64,000 nucleotides of DNA from Ancylonema sp. Its lineage: Eukaryota. The notes under the pieces are model-generated. The model did no database searches. It saw only the letters and a list, made by a program, of their open reading frames with translations, and was not told the origin of the DNA. The DNA lies in assembly GCA_050230475.1 (NCBI GenBank), contig JBFLGF010000012.1, forward strand, positions 1-64,000, given 5' to 3'. The translations under genes were made by a program, and so were the position numbers. The number at the start of each line of letters is the position of its first letter. Within the stretch, counting starts at the first letter, position 1. Shown here piece by piece: positions 55,592 through 64,000 of the stretch.

Positions 55592-57064
55592 AACGCCGGC
55601 CTGGGATGGTGGTGGGGCGGGGGTGGGGGGGTTCTCTGCCCCTTGTGGGAGACCAGCAATCTTATGGCGTTCAGACACTTTGAAGCATCACCTTTTTGTA
55701 CAGAGCACGCAGGTGTCGTTGAATGTTATAGAGTATATGTATCGAGACAAAAGAACGAGCAACCCAGGGTGGATAGAGCTACGCAGCTTGTCAAGCGAAT
55801 GAGATACTATGTGTGACATTACTGTATATATGAGAATTTTGCTGCTGGGCGAGGCAGAGGGTGGTAGAGTTACGAATCTACACTTGTACAAATTGAGGAG
55901 GCAACATGAATGAATGTGGTATTAGTAAGAAGGAAAGTATGTAAATACAGAGTAAATACAGCTGAGAGATGCACGCCCCGCCAGCCACTAACAGGTATGA
56001 GGCCAAATGTAGGGAGTGAATCATTGGTATTGGTAGCATTATCATTCGCTGCACAATACGAACACACAATCGATACTCTAATGTCGAGCCATGCCTCGAG
56101 GTTGTACCAGATCGGGCGGAATATCCAATTGAATGTGTGATGCAATCTTTTTGCAGTACATAGGCATTTGATAGGTATACATCCTACGTAGGTAGAAGGG
56201 CTGACTATCATTCGTGGATACGGTCACAATTCATATGAGATCGATACAAATATGGCGAACGGGCTCTACTCATATGCTCCATTCCTAAAACCAATCTGCA
56301 GAACTCCGTGAGTACTCTTACACTTGCAAACATATTTTGCCACTACCATGTTATGTGAATGCTCCTTTGCATGCCAAGTGGTAGTTGATATTATTGTATA
56401 CAAATGGACACCCAGTGAGGGTTCATTAATGCTACGGTGGCCAAGCCAGTGGCTGTGCCCGGGCACCATTTATCCAATGATAATAGTAACAGTAATAGTG
56501 ACACATTTTCATTCGTGAAGAGTATGCTGCATGATAATAGCTGTGTCCATCCAGGCATGCATGATACAATGCACATGACATATGACATCACATCGGGGAT
56601 CATGGATATTTACTAGCATTATCTAGAAGAGGCACATGCAAGGTTGTTTGGTTGCAACCACTACCACTACCACTGTTGGCACACTACACTGTTGATCGGG
56701 TAGAGACGGCACATTGACCTCATTTATGTGGAGTATCTCCTACCTTCGAACGTCTCTGTATTCAGAGTGACATGTCATTTAAAACCCTTACGTATCCATC
56801 CGTAGCTAAGACAAAGCTACCAAAGCTACCAAAGCTGCCAAAGCTACCAAAGCTACCAAACCACTTGTTCACCCATTGGCGATTTGACACAGCTCTTGGC
56901 GCAGACATTTGGTGCAAGATGAAAAAATACACATAAAACACCACCTACTTAAAATGAACCGTATGTCTTCTCAAGAGAGAGAGAGACCATTATTGAGCAG
57001 ATCGTCCCAGACGTCAAGAGTCCTATTGGTAGCTATTGGTGGGTAGAACTGGTTGTGAGTGGCG

Positions 57065-58329
57065 CTAGAAGAGGGCAGCTGCCATCCTGAGAAGTTTACC
57101 TCCTTCCACTGAAGCTATTTTGGGCATGTAATCAACCTCAAACTCGACTATGCTTTCTAAATCCGGTTGCCACTTAAAATCAGAGGAATGGTCCAGTCCT
57201 GCAGGCTGATTGATTCGATAAAGTTGTAGTTGACGATGATAGAAATCCATTTGTTTTTCTTCTTCCTCGGTCTCTTCCTCGAAAGTGCGTGTATTGGAAA
57301 GCAGCCTCCACCGCTCCGAAGTCTTTAATTCCGATTCCGCCAACTCCTCTTCTTCCAGACCCTCTCCCCCCATGCATTCCTCTCTGAGAGTATAGAAAGG
57401 CTGACGGTAGATGGGGGATTTGGGAATGGAGGTGAAGGTGTTGCATCGGGCGCTCGACTGTCGGTCAATAGGGGGCGGAGGTATGGGAGGGGTCCTTTCA
57501 GCTACGATCAAACGGGCTGGGGCACTCACCAGGCGGAGAAGCGAGGGAGGGACATTAGGACTGTGGTCCTGGGGGGGTGAAGCAGCAGGAGTTGTGTCGC
57601 TTTTGAAACAGTCGTCACCATAAGGTGCTGAAATGGGCCACAAGGAGTGGGTGGTATCCGCGTCAAAGCTAGGAGATCCGCAGATGGAGGACTGGTGGCT
57701 GCTGGTGGGAGAGCTTTCAGTGGAGGAGTGGCCTCGGGCGACAAAGGAGGGCACAAGGGCGCCTGACCACTTCTGGAAAGGGAGGATATACTCCACCTTA
57801 CTTTTCTTCTCTACTGAATGCGGGGAGTCTTGTATAGACTGCTTCGGGGATTTCTGCAAAATGAATGTGCAGGCCACAAAAGTCACTGAGACTAACCAAC
57901 TAGTCAGTCGCCCGAGAGAAAGGGCCACAACACAGGCAGTGCAAAACAATTGCGACACAGGTGAAATCCACTCGCGAAACCACCATGCAGCCACCAGAAA
58001 ACATTTGGTCCGCTTTCAAAGCGGCGGCAGTTACGTGTACATACCGGCTCCTAGAATCCAGGTTCACTGATAAAAAAGTATGGACAATGGTCTGGGTCAA
58101 CATAGGAGCAGATGCAGGAACTTGTGATCATCAGAGCCCTTACACAGCCATTGTGAGAAAGCCAGAACTCGGCGTTGCCCTCATTCAAAAATAGGCGACG
58201 TTGAAATTTGGATGGCCCCATCTAGCCATAGTTGAGTGCTGTGAGTGCTTGACCATAACGTTCATGAGAAGATACAGGATAGAAAAATACCTTTCCTCTG
58301 AACAGGAATTTCCGCGGAAGCACTGCCAT
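57065..58329 (-). CDS. Identical second copy of the hypothetical (PADRE-like?) gene
   Basis: Same 309-aa ORF at offset 7332. Confidence 0.55.
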
Positions 58330-60770
58330 TTACGTCGCTGATTAAGGTAGCCCTATTCACTGACTGCTGGCTGATCGTGCGAATTCACTTCCAAATCAAT
58401 CCCTCCCCACGAGTTGTGACTACCGCTTCACGAGATCACGGTCCGCTCCAACCTCCCGCACGACTCCTACATTCAATGTCGACATCTTTGTGAATAGTAC
58501 GAACCTTGGGCGTAGAAACTGCCGTCAATGCTGTAATGAAGTCGCAGCTGATTGAGATCTAAGTGGTATCAGTGCAGTCATTTTCAGCTCGTTCCAGACA
58601 GAATGATCCCTCAGTCGACCACCACTTTCTTCCAACCATTCTTAGTAAGTCGCCAAGAAGATGCATTACGACATCGGGACCGCAAGGATGAGGCTGAGTC
58701 AGAAGGGTGCGTGTGATTGCTTGCGCCGTGACCGTGATGTCATGCCCTAAGTTTCCTTGTGTACTGAGCACGACACTGAACGCGCTGCTGCTCATTGACT
58801 AAAAGCGAGTGGTGGTGGCGAGTGGCGTGCCGTCAGCTGGCACCTGTTTTGTTCTGCACGTTTCTGGACTGTCTGCCCGCCATACGCGTTAACTGCGGAT
58901 CTCGTTTGCCACGGAGCGACAATCTCGTACGTGCGGCCAGCAAAGTCTAAATTGTTTTATAACAGAGAGGGAATTGTGTACAGAAAATACTCGTTTTTAG
59001 CACACCTTTGAAACACGGGAAACGTGTGCCTATAACATGGCTATGTCTGTAACGTGTACTTGCGTTATAGGTGCGTTTGCAAAGGGCCTAAAGTCAGATG
59101 GGCCCGTAACGAGGGAAATCCAAAATTTTGCTCCCAGATCACGGGAACGTCATCCGTCATGTCGGTGTACTTTTGTTGTCATGCAATTTTGACTTATCGG
59201 TCGATTGGCGCGTGAGAGCATAGTTTACGACCACTGTGTTTGGCTACTCACTCACTTTTAAAATATTTATTTTTTCGCGAAAATAGTGATTTTGTCGTGG
59301 TTCTTGACCACTCTCTTCTCCATTCATGACGAAAACTTGAGTAAAACGATTGACCCACTTCAAAGTAAGTGCCACTCTTTTTGAAAGTGAGTGCTCGAGA
59401 CATACGTGGTACCCTCGTGGTGAGTTGCTCTTGCGTGGGAAATTATTACATTTCGCCGGCGCAATCGCAAAATATTTCGGGTCAGACCAATAACAATCAT
59501 TGGTATGCGTCTCTAGGTAGCCTACGTCTCCAGCTAATGCCGCTACTACTACACGGTGTCCTAGCGACAAGGTACGATCCAACCATCTGCGCACCGCAAT
59601 TAAATGGGGGAGCGACACATATGTCGGACAATAATCACACGGGTGCTTATACGGTGATGTTTTGTGCTTAAACAAGTAAATATGTGTTGGACAATAATCA
59701 CACGGGTGCTTATACGGTGATGTATTGTGCCTGAACAGGTAAATACGCCTTAATCAAGTTTATGTGATTTGTCATCCTGGAAACGATCGCGCGCCTATAT
59801 TCTGATTATAGCGTGTAAACTATCGAGTGTGCTTAAACGGCAAGGTGCCTATAGCAAAGAATCATACACTTTTAACGAAGGAATCGGTAATAAGCGATTA
59901 CACGGAACACTTTCACAATGAGACGCGAATGTACTTCTTTCATTTGGCACGTGCCAGCATTTACAATCGTACGTAAAGTTTCGATGGTCTAACTAAGGGT
60001 TAGTTAGACATCACGATTAATATGTTCCGCATTTGACGGCGCCTAGTTCGCTACTCTCGCAAAAGACATGTTAGGCGGCACGTTACTGATCAGTGAGTGA
60101 CGCACTCTGGGAGACCAGTGAATTGAAAGAGAACCAATCTTCGCGATCTTTGCGTCTAGATTACGTTACTACAGTAGCGACAACTACTTGTATATATACT
60201 GTCCTTTTGACGTATTAGCCGCAAGCTCTGGCGGCTGCCAGCAATGCTATGTAGCAGATCGGATCAGTCTCGTGATAGTCATGCATCATACCTAGTGCAA
60301 TATTGATGTCTAAGTGGTAGACATTGTTACTTGGCTAGGAATGCATGGCTAATGTCGGTGTAGCCTCAAATCGGCGCCGCGAGTAGATGCTGATCCTGTA
60401 GCAGCAGAGCAGAGTTGTGAGCTATATAGTCATTGTACCAAGACCTTATCAGGTCTATGTAGACCTCGGGAACCGCTGAAGAAATCTGGACTCAAACCAT
60501 TGTGTATCGAGTATTCTGAAGTGTTTCGGCTGACTTTGAACAATCATTATTACATCTGCATTGAGTGTGAATTACTTTCATACTTGTCATAACGCTTCGA
60601 ACACGTTACGTTCAGTCCAACGGCATAGTCTTGCCATAGTAGGAAAACTAGAAAATAATATTTGCCATGTTGTATACGCATGTAATGTGCTTGCAAATGA
60701 TGTATGTTAGCGCGCACGTGTGTTTGGCGGACCGCGGATTAGGTCATGACGCTATGTGATTACATCCATG

Positions 60771-62646
60771 CAAGAGCGCTGCGAGAGGCTTCAAGTAGAA
60801 GTTGGTGATGCCTATCGCAGCAGTGCCCAGGCTTCGCAGCAGCTGGTGCAGAAAACAAACTATTTGCAGAGTCTGTAGGAGGAGTACGAAGATCGTGGGA
60901 CGCGCGTTGAAACCCTTGAGGACCAACTGGATGCTGCCAGGTGCTTCTCTCGCTAGTACTGGTAGACCGCGTTCCGTTGTGTGGTCGCATGGATAAACAT
61001 GTGCAGACATGTGTGTCTTGCAACAGTATGTGATGTGTTTATGAGTCAAAGTCACATTGGGTACCATAGAACACCACGGGTTTAGCAAGTAAGCCAAGAG
61101 AATCGAGTGATCTATTGATCGAACGATCGAGTGAATGGGCAGGCCATGGAGGGCAGCGAAGTTGTGCGGTGGCCCCTGGCAGCTCCGGTTTGATTCAGCT
61201 TGCAGGAGACAGGTGAGGAGGAGGAGGTCTAACATCCATTCTGAACCTTTGGCAGGCAGGAAGCGGCCCATTTGCGCAGTTACGAGCAGCAGAAGGATGC
61301 GCTGTAGAGTTTGCTGCTGAAGAGGCTGCCACGTGTCGTGCTGAGGTGGCGACCACACGTGAGAAGATGAGGGAACTTGAGAGTGAGAACAAGATGCTCA
61401 TCGAACGCTGGCTGGAGCTCAAAATGCACGAGGTGGAACGGATAAACGAGGCAAGTTTCGTGGCTCACAGAACCCGCGCTTACCAACTCAAGCACATCAT
61501 GCATGGGCCCGGTATCAGACTGCACACGGATGCCACCTGGTACTCAGGGCAGGCGATGGGCTAACCCATACTAGCGTGATGTCTTATCTTCAGGCGAATT
61601 CCATCTACGAAGACCTGATGCGCCACTCCAAGGCAGGCCACCTTGAGGCCCTATCAAGGAGTCAGGTGGACGGCATCGTGCGGCACGTTGAAGCAGGGGC
61701 TGAGAACTACGTGGTAGTGGGGATACCCTCCAAACCACGGCTGACATTGAGGGCGCACGAGGGGGGTTGTTCCGCCATGTGTTTCGACAGAGGTGGCGGC
61801 AGGCTCCTTACAGGGGGGCAAGACCGGGTGGTGAAGGTCTGGGATGCTCTGGGGCCCGTGGAGAGATCTGGGGGTGGGGCAGGCACGACAGCCACAGACA
61901 CTTTGAGGGGCAGTCTGGGGGCAGTGCTCGACTTGGCAGTTGCAGGGGAGGGGAAGATGGTCCTGGGAGGTAGCAGTGATCACAAGCTGTACCTGTGGGA
62001 CATGGCGACAGCGAGGATCAGGCACACGTTGACGGGACATACAGACAAAGTGGTGGCCACAGATGTGAGCAAGACTTCTGCGAACCGAGCTGTGAGCGCA
62101 GCGCACGACCGCACGATCAAAGTGTGGGATCTGGAACGCGGGTATGGCATCAGTACTCTGGTTTGTCATAGCAACTCAAACGATGTCTGCTGGGACCCGG
62201 AGTCAGTCGCCATCTGCTCTGCACACGTGGACGGCAACATCAGAGTGTGGGACGCTCGGACCGGGCGGCTGGCGAATGAGGTCGCAGCACATTCCCAAGG
62301 GATCACGTCATTGGTCCTCTCCCGCTCAGGCCACACGATGCTGACATGTGGCAGAGACAATGTGGTGCACCTCTTCGATTTCCGGACAATGGAGAGGAGG
62401 ACCTCGTTGCGGGCGAGGGAGTTGAAGGTTGCCACGAATTGGAGTCGCGTGTGCATGAGTCCCGATGAGAAGTACATCGCAGCCGGGTCAGCTGATGGGT
62501 CGGTGGTGGTTTGGGATCAGGCGACACCGGAGTCGGAAAAATTGTTGAGGGGTCACAACCACCCTGTGCTGACTTGCTGCTGGAGTGTGATTGGGCAGCC
62601 GCTAGCAACCGCAGACAAGGCGGGGAACGTGATCCTGTGGGGGTAG
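60771..62646 (+). pseudogene. ATG16: Diverged, 5'-truncated ATG16 copy 3 (starts within exon 2)
   Basis: AAG>TAG at 60876-60878 and indels near 61280-61305, but the WD40 exon 61594-62646 is intact with about a dozen substitutions; downstream homology to 48260-49540 runs to ~63875. Confidence 0.85.
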
Positions 62647-64000
62647 AACGCTGGCCACCAAGACTCTCTGCTCCTCGTGGGTGACCAACAATCACATGGC
62701 ATTCGGACGCTTTAAAGCATCACCTTTTTGTACAGAACGTGCAGGTGTCGTTGCTTGTTATAAAGTATATGTATCGAGACATAAGAAGGAGCAACCCAGG
62801 GTGGATAGAGCCACGCAGCTTAGGAGGTGAGATACTATGTGTGTCATCGCTGTATATATGAGAATTTTGCTGCCAGGCGAGGCAGAGGGTGGTCGAGTTA
62901 CGAATGTACACTTGTAGAAATTGAGGAGGCAGCATGAATGAATGTGGTATCAATAAGCACGAAAGTATGTGAAAATTCACGAGTAAATACAGCTAAGAGA
63001 TGTACGCCCCGCCAGCCACTAACAAGAATGAGGCCAAATGTAGGGAGTGAATCATTGCTACAGGTAGCACTATCATTTGGTGCACAATACGAACACACAA
63101 TCGATACTCTAATATCGAGCCATGCCTCGAGGTTGTACCAGATTGGGCGGAGCATCCAATTGAATGTGTGATATAATCCCTTTGCAATACATGGGCGTTT
63201 GATAGATATACATCCTACGGAGGCAGGAGGGCTGACTACCGTTCGTGGATACGTTTGCAATTCATATGAGATCGATACAAATAAGGTGAACGGGCTCTAC
63301 TCGTATGCTTCATTCCTTGAGCCAATCTGCTGAACTCCATGGGTACTCGCACATATTTTGGCGCTGCCCGTCATGTGAATGTGCTTTTGCATGCCAAGTG
63401 GTAGTTGATATTACTAAATACAAATGGACACCCATAATGAATGTTTATTAATGCTACGGTGGCCATGCTAGCGGCTGAGCCCGGGCACCATGTATCCAAT
63501 GGTGCTTAGTGACACATTTTCCTTTTTTAAGGGTATGCTGCAAGATAATAGCAGTCGTCCCATCTAGGCATGCATTATATCATGCACATGACATATGATG
63601 TCACATCGGGGATCATGGATATTTACTTACATGATCTAGAAGACGCTTGTGGAAGGTTTTCTGGTTGCAACCACTTGTTGGCCCACTACACTACATTGAT
63701 CAGACAGAGACGGCATATTGCCCTCATTTATGTGGAGTATCTCCTACCTTCGAACGCCTCCATATTCAGAGTGACATGTCATTCAAAACCCTTATGTATC
63801 CATCTATAGCCAAAGCTACCAAAGCTACCAAAGCTACCAAAGCTACCAAAGCTACCAAAGCTACCAAACCACTTGTCCGCATATGCTACACACCACACGT
63901 CACATGGTTGTTTACAACATGTATATTGTACACAAAGGTATAAAACCTAAAGTTATGGCGGAGGACCGTAGGCTATGAGTTGCAAGCATTGCCATGCTGC

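Larger units (their letters stand above)
54438..60770 (+). repeat. Segmental duplication of 47106-~53417 (offset 7332): apparently identical to ~59860, indel-rich thereafter
   Basis: All ORFs recur identically at +7332 up to 59675; 59860-60770 aligns to 52530-53417 with many small indels. Confidence 0.97.

Overview
Eukaryotic, intron-rich nuclear DNA from a plant-lineage organism; the proteins are streptophyte-like (alga or early land plant, species not determinable). There are two single-N contig joins (7611, 43657). Host genes: a DHHC S-acyltransferase (-), eIF3i (-) head-to-head with importin-11/KA120 (+), mitochondrial HSP60 (+), an intronless metazoan-like alanine:glyoxylate aminotransferase broken by a 5-bp duplication (+), a USP-domain gene trailed by an eroded RLK/Pelle kinase (-), ATG16 (+; one full and two 5'-truncated copies) and a duplicated possible PADRE/DUF4228-like gene (-). 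Mobile DNA: a decayed Copia element between the arms of a long inverted repeat, a Gypsy RT fragment, two pieces of a CRE-like non-LTR element, a possible MITE and a non-coding long-arm repeat family seen at four places. From ~32 kb onward the window is dominated by tandem duplications, some identical and some diverged; real duplication and haplotype/assembly artefact cannot be separated without reads. I found no clearly new enzymatic system. The best leads are the AGT gene, the duplicated HSP60 exons with mostly silent changes, the WD40-only ATG16 copies abutting the repeat family, and the AGATTCCCT-bounded duplication.
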